From a virus (Duplodnaviria > Heunggongvirae > Uroviricota > Caudoviricetes): a stretch of DNA of 64,000 nucleotides. Position 1 is the stretch's first letter. Each line of letters begins with the position of its first letter. The position numbers and the translations under genes are program-made. The notes under the pieces are model-generated. The model worked only from the letters and a program-made list of their open reading frames with translations, did no database searches and was not told the origin of the DNA. Below, one piece after another: positions 36,834 to 45,704 of this stretch. The DNA lies in the IMG/VR virus record IMGVR_UViG_3300005512_005684, positions 103,003 to 167,002 of that record; one strand, given 5' to 3'.

Positions 36834-37625
36834 ATGAAGAGGGAAGAGTTTGCACAAGCGTTGGATATGGTTCGCCGGAAGGTCTGCTACTACGACGGAG
36901 TTGGGCAACATGACCCGGACGCCAAGCAACCGTCGAAGTGCGACTGTAAGTTCGGGATTCGTACCCGCACCTTTCGTGGCGGTGAAGAGAGTGGTTGTCC
37001 AGAAATGCGCGTCGCCGTTCGGATCATCGAAACCATGAGCGACCGTTCATTCAAGGTAGCGTTGAAGCAAGCGGGTTGGGAGAGTCTCCTCGATCATGAC
37101 ATTGAGCCGGAGCCGTGGGATACGGAAGAGAACGACGAACTCGTGGATCGTGATTATGACCTCGTGGACATCTTTGGTGACTCGAAGTGGGAGTTGATCC
37201 AGCTTGCAGACGAAGAGAGTCCCGCGATTGAAAAGAAACGGAAGAAACATGGAGTGGTCGTAGTGGACGAAACAGGGGACAATGCCATGTGGGTGCAGAA
37301 AGGGATTGTAGCCTCAGTTCCGATGTTCGATGTGTCGGTCAGAGGATCGTCGCACGATGACGCCTTGGATCGTTTGATGGACCTCGTTCGTTCGAGGCGG
37401 GACTTCCTCGTGGAAACGATCAAGGAAAGTGGGGTTAAGATCGTCAAGCGTTTCCTTTTCGTTCGAGGTTTGAGTGTCGAAGGGTCGAAGGGCAAGACCA
37501 AGCGCCGGAGTCGATGGTTAGCTTCCGTGAGGGTGGCAATGGGTCTGAAATGTAAGACCCCGCAGGTGCCCTCGGGTAAACAGTGGGTGTTGTTCGAGAA
37601 TGACATCGACGAAGACGAAGACTGA
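36834..37625 (+). CDS. hypothetical acidic protein
   Basis: AAGGAGGGA RBS; D/E-rich. Confidence 0.3.
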   Translation: MKREEFAQALDMVRRKVCYYDGVGQHDPDAKQPSKCDCKFGIRTRTFRGGEESGCPEMRVAVRIIETMSDRSFKVALKQAGWESLLDHDIEPEPWDTEENDELVDRDYDLVDIFGDSKWELIQLADEESPAIEKKRKKHGVVVVDETGDNAMWVQKGIVASVPMFDVSVRGSSHDDALDRLMDLVRSRRDFLVETIKESGVKIVKRFLFVRGLSVEGSKGKTKRRSRWLASVRVAMGLKCKTPQVPSGKQWVLFENDIDEDED

Positions 37626-37694
37626 GGTGTGTTGGAACTGCGGTACTTGTTTACCGCTGTGGGAAGCGTCAATCGAAACTAAGGGAGGGGCGCC

Positions 37695-38315
37695 GTGTTC
37701 ACGAAGACAGTTAGAAACGTAGCGCCAGAGGTCGGTGAAGTGTCACTGATCGGTGTTGGAAAGAACCTACCAGCGTCCTGGGCAAATTACTTTTCTTTCG
37801 CTTGCGGTCTCCGTTGCGTGAACATGTGGGCGGAGAACATGGAAGAGATTGTCCGCCGTAAGCAGATGACGTACATCGAGGTCACGGTCTTCAATGATGG
37901 CAAGTACGAGTTCGGGGCGGTGTCGGATTCGAGAGTACCGAAGGAATGGTTGATACCGAGGCGGCATGGCGGTTTGTGCTTCACGGGCGGATGGAGACCT
38001 ACGCGTGAAGTCATGGAAGCTCTCTTAGAGTTCGCTGACGTTCCGCAGGAAGAACGGAGGAAGAGAATCTGTGGCTGCGAGGAACCGAATCAGAGACCAT
38101 GTATTGGGTACATGAGTCAAAATGGTGAGACGGAGGATGTTCACGGCTATCACTGCCAGCATTGTGATCGTCGGTGGGAGATTCGGGTGCCACACCCTAA
38201 GCGTGAGCCGGTTGATCTGAAAGGCTGGAAGATCACGGAGAGCATCGGCGAGGGGGCGTACAACGTCAAAGCACTTGGTGCGCTAGTAGTTCGAGACGAG
38301 AAACCGGGTCACTGA
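37695..38315 (+). CDS. Cys/His-rich (zinc-finger-like) hypothetical protein
   Basis: GTG start after GGGAGGGG; CGCEEP...HGYHCQHCDRRW. Confidence 0.3.
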   Translation: MFTKTVRNVAPEVGEVSLIGVGKNLPASWANYFSFACGLRCVNMWAENMEEIVRRKQMTYIEVTVFNDGKYEFGAVSDSRVPKEWLIPRRHGGLCFTGGWRPTREVMEALLEFADVPQEERRKRICGCEEPNQRPCIGYMSQNGETEDVHGYHCQHCDRRWEIRVPHPKREPVDLKGWKITESIGEGAYNVKALGALVVRDEKPGH

Positions 38316-38495
38316 AGTTGTGGGCTCTCAAGGAAAAGTTCGTGTAGATTGACGGAGCGGAGCAAAGAGTGAAACGTCGAATCAAGATGTGGATAGTCCA
38401 GGTTCTCGGCTTGGCCTTGGTCATACAGGGAGGGGTCTGGATTTACCAGTGCGGATTCTTGGAGTCTTTTTTTGGCGTTGGTCTGGGGGATCATC

Positions 38496-39053
38496 ATGTT
38501 CCTCTTGATCATTAACGTCGGCTTGATCATTGACGAGTTCTCGTTCACGAGAGCCATTGCTGTTGTCGTTACCTATTGTGCTCAGGAGTATCTTGCCGGT
38601 CACACAGAGGCTTCGTTCTGGGGGACGGTCTTCAAGTTTTTGTTCATGTTGTTCGGTCTTGTGCTTGTGGCGTGGCCGTTTATCTGGGCGATACTCAGAG
38701 AGATTCTGAAAGCGATTGCTGAAAAGGAAGAGAATGCGAAGAGAGAGGCTGAGGCTCGTGCCTATGCTCGAAGTTCTGGGACTCGTAACCAGTATCAGCG
38801 AAGGCGTCGAGTGTTCACTAACTTTGTGTCTGGGTGCTATCATGCGAGTGCCTTGAGAACAGTCGGTGTCAGTCCTGGGGCAAGCATAGGAGACCTTGAA
38901 CGTGCATATCGGATTAAGTCGAAGCAATGTCACCCAGACTTGCACCCGGACGATCCTATGGCTAAGAAAAAGTTTCAGAGCTTGGGAGAGGCGTACGAGT
39001 TCTTGAAGAAATACGGTACAGGTCAGGCAATTCCTACTACAGGGAGAATTTGA
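38496..39053 (+). CDS. membrane-anchored J-domain (DnaJ-like) protein
   Basis: C-terminal GDLERAYRIKSKQCHPDLHPDDPMAKKKFQSLGEAYEFLKK carries the J-domain HPD motif. N-terminal hydrophobic helices. GGGGGAT RBS-like before ATG 38496. Upstream alternatives are TTG 38472 or, via a frameshift, ATG 38387. Confidence 0.45.
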   Translation: MFLLIINVGLIIDEFSFTRAIAVVVTYCAQEYLAGHTEASFWGTVFKFLFMLFGLVLVAWPFIWAILREILKAIAEKEENAKREAEARAYARSSGTRNQYQRRRRVFTNFVSGCYHASALRTVGVSPGASIGDLERAYRIKSKQCHPDLHPDDPMAKKKFQSLGEAYEFLKKYGTGQAIPTTGRI

Positions 39054-39343
39054 GTGTGGCGAAGTGGAAGACGAAACGGATCAAGTTTCGGGAAGTGCCG
39101 CTGATTAACGTGCCGCCTGGCCGGATTGCGTTAATGCTGAATGCTCGGGAAGGGGTCGAGATTCGACTAGGGGAGACGACGAGCGTGATCATGCGTAAGG
39201 ACTGGGAGACGCCAATGAAACGTCTCATGCTCATGCTCAGGGTTGTGGCTGAGAGGTTCGGAGAGGTCGAGAGTCGGATGTTATTTAAGGTCAATCATCG
39301 TCAGGACAGGTACGTGGGTCCCGTGGTCATTGTGAGGGTCTGA
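39050..39343 (+). CDS. hypothetical protein
   Basis: ORF with TTG/GTG start overlapping upstream stop. Confidence 0.25.
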   Translation: MSVAKWKTKRIKFREVPLINVPPGRIALMLNAREGVEIRLGETTSVIMRKDWETPMKRLMLMLRVVAERFGEVESRMLFKVNHRQDRYVGPVVIVRV

Positions 39344-39345
39344 GA

Positions 39346-39840
39346 ATGGAACCAAGAGAGTTTGTTCAGGACATGCTCAATGGAATGTGCGAGCGTTGGG
39401 AGCAAGCGGGAGTGCCCATCGATCACCGAGAGGACTCTCTGAACTGGCTGGTCCTCGAAGCAGCGGATATGCTTCGACTTGTGCGTGAGGTGCACCGTAT
39501 GAGACGGGTCTACATGAAAGGTGTGTTGACGTACGTGAGTGTCTTTGGGAAGGTCGTGGGAGAGAATGTCTCGACACCGTGGTTCCGTTTGGATTGTCTT
39601 CAGGCGATTGTTGAAGGTGATCGCCAGGTGATTCTGAACATGATGCGCGACGGTTTCATGATGTGCACGGTGTGTGAGCCGGGGAGGTTTTCGCACGTGA
39701 TCGATGGTGCTCGACGTGAGGACATCTGCAATGAGTGTGGACGCCGTTACAACGGTCTCGGACACCCGTGGACTCCGATTCTACTCGGTGTGACAGACAA
39801 GACGATTGAAAAGATCGCCGACGCGATCCTGGAGGAGTAA
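39346..39840 (+). CDS. hypothetical protein (Cys pairs CTVCEP / CNECGRR)
   Basis: ATG 2 nt after upstream stop. Confidence 0.3.
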   Translation: MEPREFVQDMLNGMCERWEQAGVPIDHREDSLNWLVLEAADMLRLVREVHRMRRVYMKGVLTYVSVFGKVVGENVSTPWFRLDCLQAIVEGDRQVILNMMRDGFMMCTVCEPGRFSHVIDGARREDICNECGRRYNGLGHPWTPILLGVTDKTIEKIADAILEE

Positions 39841-40137
39841 ATGAAGCTGCGAAGACTACTCCCTAGTTTTCCGAATCCGATGCTCACTGTTCCATCGACG
39901 ATGCTCGGGAAGGAAGTGAAGAAAGGGGATACGATCCATCTAATCGTCGCTCGATCTGGTTTTACGAGAGAGGTCATGATCAACGCGAGTGATACGGACG
40001 TGAACTACCGCAAATCTGATATTGACGCAAAGGAAGACAGGGACAAAAAGACATTCGTGGTGAAGTTCACGGTGGACGATTTCTGGGGAGTGCCAAGGGG
40101 GAAGCGGAGTGTTTCTAGCTCTCAATCAAAAAGCTAA
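39841..40137 (+). CDS. hypothetical protein
   Basis: GGAGGAG RBS; TAAATG junction. Confidence 0.25.
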   Translation: MKLRRLLPSFPNPMLTVPSTMLGKEVKKGDTIHLIVARSGFTREVMINASDTDVNYRKSDIDAKEDRDKKTFVVKFTVDDFWGVPRGKRSVSSSQSKS

Positions 40138-40486
40138 CGAACTGATCAACCTGGAGAACGTGTACTACGTGAGTTTCGAGGGTGAGATCGTTAAGGTGTT
40201 CTATCGTGGCGGAGTGAGTAAGTTGGTATGTCGCCGTATCGAACGACCTAAAGCCGTCCGGTGCGTGCGAAAGTTTGTGACCGAACAAAAGCAGTTCGCC
40301 GATGTCGGTGAAGGGTACTGGCTCAATCTCGACTTCGTAAGCGAGATTAAGATACCTGGTAGGTTTTCTGAGGTTTACTTCGATGGTGTATCTCGACCAA
40401 TGGCCGTGACGTTCCGAATCATGGTGAAAGATTTCGGACAGGAGTTGCTCGGGGTTTCTAATGGAAAGGGGTCCACAAATGGCTGA
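40109..40486 (+). CDS. hypothetical protein
   Basis: ORF; start uncertain. Confidence 0.25.
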   Translation: MFLALNQKANELINLENVYYVSFEGEIVKVFYRGGVSKLVCRRIERPKAVRCVRKFVTEQKQFADVGEGYWLNLDFVSEIKIPGRFSEVYFDGVSRPMAVTFRIMVKDFGQELLGVSNGKGSTNG

Positions 40487-41021
40487 CGAGACCAAGTACG
40501 AAGGTCGGTTCATTCGTATCGTGAGTCGTGACGGTTGGGAGTTCGCAGACCGCGTGAATTGCACGGGTGTTGTGCTCGTGGTCGCACTCACCGATGACAA
40601 CAAGATCATTCTGGTCGAGCAGTTTCGACCGCCCGTGGGGAAGAACGTGATCGAGCTTCCTGCGGGACTGGTAGGGGACGAAGACAGTAAGGAAGGGTTG
40701 ATTGCGGCGGCGATACGTGAGTTGGAAGAGGAAACAGGGTACAGGCCGCGAAGAGACTGCGACGCCTCGTTGCTGGTTTCCTACGGCCCCTCGACACCGG
40801 GTATGGCTTCGGAGCTACTCGCCATTGTCGGTGTGGGCAACCTGGAGAAAGTCGGACCAGGTGGTGGTGTTGGCCGTGAGAACATCGTGGTTCACGAGGT
40901 GCCGAGGATGACCTTGTATCATTGGTTGAACGCGAAGTCGCGTTCGGACGAGGTACTGGTGGACTTGAAGGTGTACTCCGGTGTCGGTGCGCTCGTCATG
41001 CGTGCCGGAACAAGATGGTGA
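40479..41021 (+). CDS. NUDIX hydrolase, ADP-ribose pyrophosphatase-like
   Basis: Perfect Nudix box GDEDSKEGLIAAAIRELEEETGY (Gx5Ex7REUxEExGU) preceded by ELPAG. N-terminal GRFIRIV...E...GVVLV resembles NudF/ADPRase. Confidence 0.6.
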   Translation: MADETKYEGRFIRIVSRDGWEFADRVNCTGVVLVVALTDDNKIILVEQFRPPVGKNVIELPAGLVGDEDSKEGLIAAAIRELEEETGYRPRRDCDASLLVSYGPSTPGMASELLAIVGVGNLEKVGPGGGVGRENIVVHEVPRMTLYHWLNAKSRSDEVLVDLKVYSGVGALVMRAGTRW

Positions 41022-41155
41022 AATTTGGTTTTCGTCTGTTGGAGGTTTGCGACGAACCTTTCAGAAAGGGGGTGATTGCTAGTCGTATGGTCGGGAACGT
41101 AGTGGGTTGTGACCCATCATGTTTTGTATGAACAGAAACGACAGGAGTAATACCA

Positions 41156-41734
41156 GTGGAAGCAAGCTGGAACCTAGCTGAATTCAGTTGGGTGAACGTC
41201 GATGAATTGCACGGTTTGACTCGCTCGAAAAAGACCAAGCCGATCCTGGCCAAGACTATGACGGCGATCATTGCGGATCAGACCATGATTCCTCGGTTCC
41301 TGTTGAAGACCATCGAGGGTAACGCCGAGTGCGATGCCACCGCGATGGTATGCAAGGGAATTGGAGAGGATTACTGGGTACAGCCGAAAGACAAGGTGGT
41401 GGATCGTTACGACTTCGCCGACTTCGCCGATAACGGGTGGGTGTCGATGACACCGAAGCCCGACAAGGAAGTGGATGCGTTTCAGGTGACGAGAGCAATG
41501 TGCGGCTCGGAAGGGTTTGCCATTCGCGCCGGTAACTGGGGCGAGAAAGCGACCGTAGACGGTGAGGAAGTCATGGTTCACTTCGGGCGTCCAGGGGACT
41601 ACATCTGTATCGACCCAACGGACACGAGCGACCGATGGATTGTTCTGCGAACACTCTTTGAGAACAGCTATGAATCCGTTGAAGGTGCATCGACCGGGAC
41701 AGCCGTCGAAGAGGAAGCCGAGGTGTCTGTCTAG
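41156..41734 (+). CDS. hypothetical protein
   Basis: GTG start after AGGAG. Confidence 0.3.
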   Translation: MEASWNLAEFSWVNVDELHGLTRSKKTKPILAKTMTAIIADQTMIPRFLLKTIEGNAECDATAMVCKGIGEDYWVQPKDKVVDRYDFADFADNGWVSMTPKPDKEVDAFQVTRAMCGSEGFAIRAGNWGEKATVDGEEVMVHFGRPGDYICIDPTDTSDRWIVLRTLFENSYESVEGASTGTAVEEEAEVSV

Positions 41735-41798
41735 GACACTTGCCTTCGTGCGCTTTGCTCGGTAGGATCAGGCGTCGGGTAGGAAACTGGCTTTTGAT

Positions 41799-42002
41799 AT
41801 GCCGAGTGAAGCCACGGAGGATACTACGATGGGTAAGACAGGGAGAAACGGCAAGGCGGGGGTCGAGCAGGCGGATGGTTCCGGTGGAAACGCATATCAT
41901 AGATTCTTGAAGAGACAAAAGATTCGTAGAGAAAGACGTAGAGCCAAACGAGACCCAGAGTGTGTTCCGGGTTACCGGAAGTTCCGCGGTTGGGAAACCT
42001 GA
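41799..42002 (+). CDS. small basic hypothetical protein
   Basis: ORF; RRERRRAKRD basic patch. Confidence 0.2.
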   Translation: MPSEATEDTTMGKTGRNGKAGVEQADGSGGNAYHRFLKRQKIRRERRRAKRDPECVPGYRKFRGWET

Positions 42003-42015
42003 ATAGGAGAACACA

Positions 42016-42519
42016 ATGACGGATACCAGCGTCTCGTACAAGTGGATGGACAATGTGCTCTGGATTGGCGACGAAGGTTACGGCCAGCTTGTTCAAGCTC
42101 GCGTCCCTGAGAAAGGAAACTGTACCGGGAAAACGTTGTGGGAGTTTCGATGTTGCAACTCCCTAGACGAATCGTTCACCGTAGGCCCCACTGACAGTGA
42201 GGAAAACGCCAGGAAGCTCGTCGAGGAAGTGTGCGAGGGTCTTGGTAAGTTCCTGATTGAAGACGGGGAGGATGGGAAGACTTCCGTCGAGTTGTCGATC
42301 AAGCTAACGGAGCGTGGCTACGTTCTATCGAGTGTCATGCAGCAAAACGGAGGGTGTAGTGGCTCGACTGGAGGGGGTGTGTGTCTCTGGGGTCGAGAGG
42401 TCGATCCTATAGAGGCCGGGCATCGTGTCGAGAACTTCGTGCATCGTCTGGCAAAGACGCCGAAGAGGACGTTGTACCAGGGTCCACGGCGACAAAGGAA
42501 ACGCATCAAGAAATCGTAG
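42016..42519 (+). CDS. hypothetical protein
   Basis: AGGAGAACACA RBS. Confidence 0.3.
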   Translation: MTDTSVSYKWMDNVLWIGDEGYGQLVQARVPEKGNCTGKTLWEFRCCNSLDESFTVGPTDSEENARKLVEEVCEGLGKFLIEDGEDGKTSVELSIKLTERGYVLSSVMQQNGGCSGSTGGGVCLWGREVDPIEAGHRVENFVHRLAKTPKRTLYQGPRRQRKRIKKS

Positions 42520-42547
42520 AGTTGCTCAAGCGCCCGGCCCCCTGGAA

Positions 42548-42588
42548 GGGAGTGTCTCCATCTTGGAGCACTCCCTTTCTTTTTTTCA
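42548..42588 (+). terminator. strong rho-independent terminator
   Basis: GGGAGTG(T)CTCC-ATCTT-GGAGCACTCCC stem-loop followed by TTTCTTTTTTTC. Confidence 0.6.
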
Positions 42589-42645
42589 GCTTATTTCCTG
42601 TCAAAGAGGGAGAAATAGGTTTCGATAATTCAACGGTGAAGATCA

Positions 42646-43695
42646 ATGGCTAGTGTGAGGGAACTGGAGCGATACGAAGCACGAGTGAGGTTTGCCGGTA
42701 TGGTCACTCCGCCGCCAGCTATGGTAAAGGAAGCGGTGCGTGAGTACAACAAGGCCATGCGAGCGAAGCACGCGGCGTTTATGTTGAAGATGCAATATGG
42801 TGAAGAGATTGAGAATCTAAGGAAGCGAATGAGATCGCTTACTGACAGGAGGCTTGAGCTTCTAAAGCAAAGAAAAAAGACCGAGGACGAAGACGTTATT
42901 GCAGAGATCAACGAGGAACTGGAAGACACGGATCGGGCGGCTGACGACATAGATGCGGAGCGGTCGATATACAGTAACGAGGTTGCGGATGACATAGGGG
43001 TGGATACGTTCTGGCCGGAGGACGAGGATGTCTATGTCTTTTACGTGAACTTGAATCTGAAAGGCTGGAAGTACAACAAGCTCTTGAAAAAGGCGACTAA
43101 GACCCGGAAGCCGATGGTCGAAAAGGTTCTACGGGACTACTACTCGATACGATTCGAGATTCACCGTGAGCGCAGGAGGCCAGCCGGGCGGTGGGTGGAC
43201 GAAGATGGGTGGCAACAACGTAAGATTGAATTGTCTGATCAACTGCCTCTTGAACGTGAACAGGTGATTAAGCATGAGCTAGTGCACATGGCACAAAGCC
43301 TATTGACGAAGGCGACCGGGGTCCAGATAGGCTATCCCTCGGAAAAGATGCGAGACCCGGACATTGAACAACACATGGCGGATGACCCGGAGTTGTGGGA
43401 GCTTCGCAAGCGGAAGTTGGAACAACGTCTATCGAAGGCTGGATTCGATCAGAGCACATTGCACCATCTTGACGACATTGAGTTCTATACAGACATGTTG
43501 AGTTGTCTGGAGCGTTTCCGCAGGAGTTGGCGTGAGATTCGTGGACGTAGGGACGTGACGAGCCGTAAAGATTTCTTCCAACACATGATGGTCGATGGTG
43601 GTGACCGGTACATGAAAGACCTGAAGTATCATAATCCGCGGAAGTGGAAGAAAGCCATTAAGGAACTCTGGAAGGCGTTGTTCAAGCGCGGCTAA
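42646..43695 (+). CDS. hypothetical protein with class-1 leader (MASVRELERYEAR) and HExxH (zincin-like) motif
   Basis: VIKHELVHMAQSL (HELVH) could be a SprT/WLM-like or other zincin active site; no downstream third ligand identified by eye. Confidence 0.35.
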   Translation: MASVRELERYEARVRFAGMVTPPPAMVKEAVREYNKAMRAKHAAFMLKMQYGEEIENLRKRMRSLTDRRLELLKQRKKTEDEDVIAEINEELEDTDRAADDIDAERSIYSNEVADDIGVDTFWPEDEDVYVFYVNLNLKGWKYNKLLKKATKTRKPMVEKVLRDYYSIRFEIHRERRRPAGRWVDEDGWQQRKIELSDQLPLEREQVIKHELVHMAQSLLTKATGVQIGYPSEKMRDPDIEQHMADDPELWELRKRKLEQRLSKAGFDQSTLHHLDDIEFYTDMLSCLERFRRSWREIRGRRDVTSRKDFFQHMMVDGGDRYMKDLKYHNPRKWKKAIKELWKALFKRG

Positions 43696-43781
43696 TTCTC
43701 AATATAATGATCTGTTTATCCGACGCTACATGTGGCTATGTGTGCCCACGGAAGGCGGTGATCTTTCATGGGAGGTGGCTC

Positions 43782-43907
43782 AATGTGGTGTTTCGCACAG
43801 GTCGATATGAGCGTCGTGTCGTTGGTCGGTGCCGTTGTTTTCCTTTTCTTACTCGGAGAGTGGAAGTCTCGGCGTGAAATTGCACACTTGTCACGGTGTC
43901 AATTATG
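43782..43907 (+). CDS. short membrane peptide (not in ORF track)
   Basis: MWCFAQVDMSVVSLVGAVVFLFLLGEWKSRREIAHLSRCQL has one TM plus a charged tail. GGGAGGTGGCTCA ATG. Confidence 0.2.
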
Positions 43908-44152
43908 AGCGAGGACAGAAACAGACGTTGATCCGCGTGTGTGATCTTCGTCAAGAGGTAATTGACACGTTGCTAGTGTGTGTTGTCGAGAACTTGTCTG
44001 AGGAAGCGGGTAAGTTGGTTCGTCAAGCGATAGAACGAGCCAGGGATTCAACTCAGGACTATACCGATATGGAAGTCCCGGTTGAAACTCAGGAGATTTC
44101 CACTAGCGGACTTGAGGGATTGTTGAAGGTTGGTAAGACAGCGAAGCCTTGA
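43829..44152 (+). CDS. hypothetical protein (start uncertain)
   Basis: ORF between two terminators. Confidence 0.2.
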   Translation: MPLFSFSYSESGSLGVKLHTCHGVNYERGQKQTLIRVCDLRQEVIDTLLVCVVENLSEEAGKLVRQAIERARDSTQDYTDMEVPVETQEISTSGLEGLLKVGKTAKP

Positions 44153-44241
44153 TTTTTCCCTTGTGAGCGACCAAGTAAAAGGACGGTGGTTGGAATTGAT
44201 GTCAAGTAATTGTCGGCTACCTCCCTCTCCTGTCGGGGTAC

Positions 44242-44300
44242 GAAGGGCGCTACTGCTGGAATGGTAGCGCCCTTCCTTTGTACCTGGGTTTATTCTTTTT
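44242..44300 (+). terminator. strong rho-independent terminator
   Basis: Perfect 12-bp stem GAAGGGCGCTAC / GTAGCGCCCTTC with 10-nt loop, then CTTTGTACCTGGGTTTATTCTTTTTGT. Confidence 0.6.
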
Positions 44301-44360
44301 GTAGCCCGGTAAAGGTGTCTGGTATTGTGAAGACATCGAATTGCTGCTAGGTATTTCGTC

Positions 44361-44945
44361 ATGGAACTGCAACCAAGACAGTGTGTGATCGCTAAGAGGG
44401 TGGTGAAAGCGTCCGGTGAGTTCCTCTTTCACACAACGAGCCTGGGGTCACTCAGGGGTATACTCAGCAAGGGTCGGTTGAAGGCAAATCCGTACGTGTC
44501 GTTCTCTGACAAACCTTATTTCGGGGACATTAGTGGTAACGGTGCGGTGCTTGTGTTCCATCGGTCGGCTCTGCGTGGTCTAGTCATGCAGGTGGTCTAT
44601 GTAGATGAATGGTTCGACGAATATCGAGACCACGGAGAGTACATAGCCGGTGAAGGCTGGCGAGAACAGTTCGTGCTTGACGACTACCTGGAAGAGGGCG
44701 ACATTGATGAAGACGGTTGGATTGATTCAGATGTTGAAGAGGAAGCCTGGCGTCTCGGCGCACTTGAATCCTTCCTCCAAAAGAGTGACGAAGACGAGTG
44801 GATTTCCATTCACGAAGGTCAAGATGTTCAATTCGATCCCGAGGACGTTGACGTGATTCTTGTTCGGAACGAAATGAAACCTTTGTGCGTTGACATTCAG
44901 GACGATTATCCTGAATACGAATTCGGAGAGATCAGCCGCTACTAA
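44361..44945 (+). CDS. hypothetical protein with class-2-like leader (CVIAKRVVKA) and divergent ART-like LFHTTS...SKGRL motif; acidic C-terminus
   Basis: MELQPRQCVIAKRVVKASGEFLFHTTSLGSLRGILSKGRLKANP parallels YHGT-x8-ILSQGL. Confidence 0.35.
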   Translation: MELQPRQCVIAKRVVKASGEFLFHTTSLGSLRGILSKGRLKANPYVSFSDKPYFGDISGNGAVLVFHRSALRGLVMQVVYVDEWFDEYRDHGEYIAGEGWREQFVLDDYLEEGDIDEDGWIDSDVEEEAWRLGALESFLQKSDEDEWISIHEGQDVQFDPEDVDVILVRNEMKPLCVDIQDDYPEYEFGEISRY

Positions 44946-44954
44946 GGAGTGACC

Positions 44955-45704
44955 ATGAAAGGGCACATTCGACTTGGCTACAAGATGGTGGTTTCCGATG
45001 CTACGTTCACGAGGGCGGTTGACAAGACAGAGGAAGTGGCGGAGAAAGTCATAGAACAGAAAGTCCGTGAGAATGACGAAGTAAAGGAGGTAGTTGCTCA
45101 GATTGCTGAAGTAGTAGAAAGGCAATACGAGCCGGGGAAAAAGATCGACTGGAAGGCGGTTATGGACGAGGTTGGCAAGGGCGAGATCAAAGCCGCCAAG
45201 GAAGCGGTGAAGAAAGACATCATTGACGGAGCGATTGAGGCCGGAGAGAAAGTGACAGGGAAGAAAGCTAAGCGGTGGAAGAAACTCTTACGCATCTTTG
45301 TCAAGAAAGCGTTGCCGATGGGAGTCTTCGGGTTCATTGATAACGTGATCTTGGTACTCGTTGGCGAAACACTCGATGCGACAATCGCGCAAACTATGGG
45401 TTTCAGTTCGATGGCGTCGGCGGGGATCGGAAATGCAATCTCGGACGCGGTGGGGGTCCTCGGACAGGACACGGTGGATCGAGCGCTTGAGAAAATCGGA
45501 CTGGGGGGAGAGAATGATGACGGTGAAGAGGGGTTTGCGGAAAAGGTAGTTGGGAAAACCGGTGGCTCAATCGGGATCATCGTCGGTTGTCTCATTGGCA
45601 TGTTCCCGCTGCTATTCATGCGCGGTGGGAGCGTGGACGAAGAGGAAGATCGTATTATGCGAATTGCGCGGAGGATAGAACGAAATGTTCACACTGGGAG
45701 TTGA
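44955..45704 (+). CDS. hypothetical protein with Gly-rich hydrophobic (glycine-zipper-like) C-terminal region
   Basis: AAGGAG RBS; MGFSSMASAGIGNAISDAVGVLG and GGSIGIIVGCLIGMFPLL. Confidence 0.3.
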   Translation: MKGHIRLGYKMVVSDATFTRAVDKTEEVAEKVIEQKVRENDEVKEVVAQIAEVVERQYEPGKKIDWKAVMDEVGKGEIKAAKEAVKKDIIDGAIEAGEKVTGKKAKRWKKLLRIFVKKALPMGVFGFIDNVILVLVGETLDATIAQTMGFSSMASAGIGNAISDAVGVLGQDTVDRALEKIGLGGENDDGEEGFAEKVVGKTGGSIGIIVGCLIGMFPLLFMRGGSVDEEEDRIMRIARRIERNVHTGS

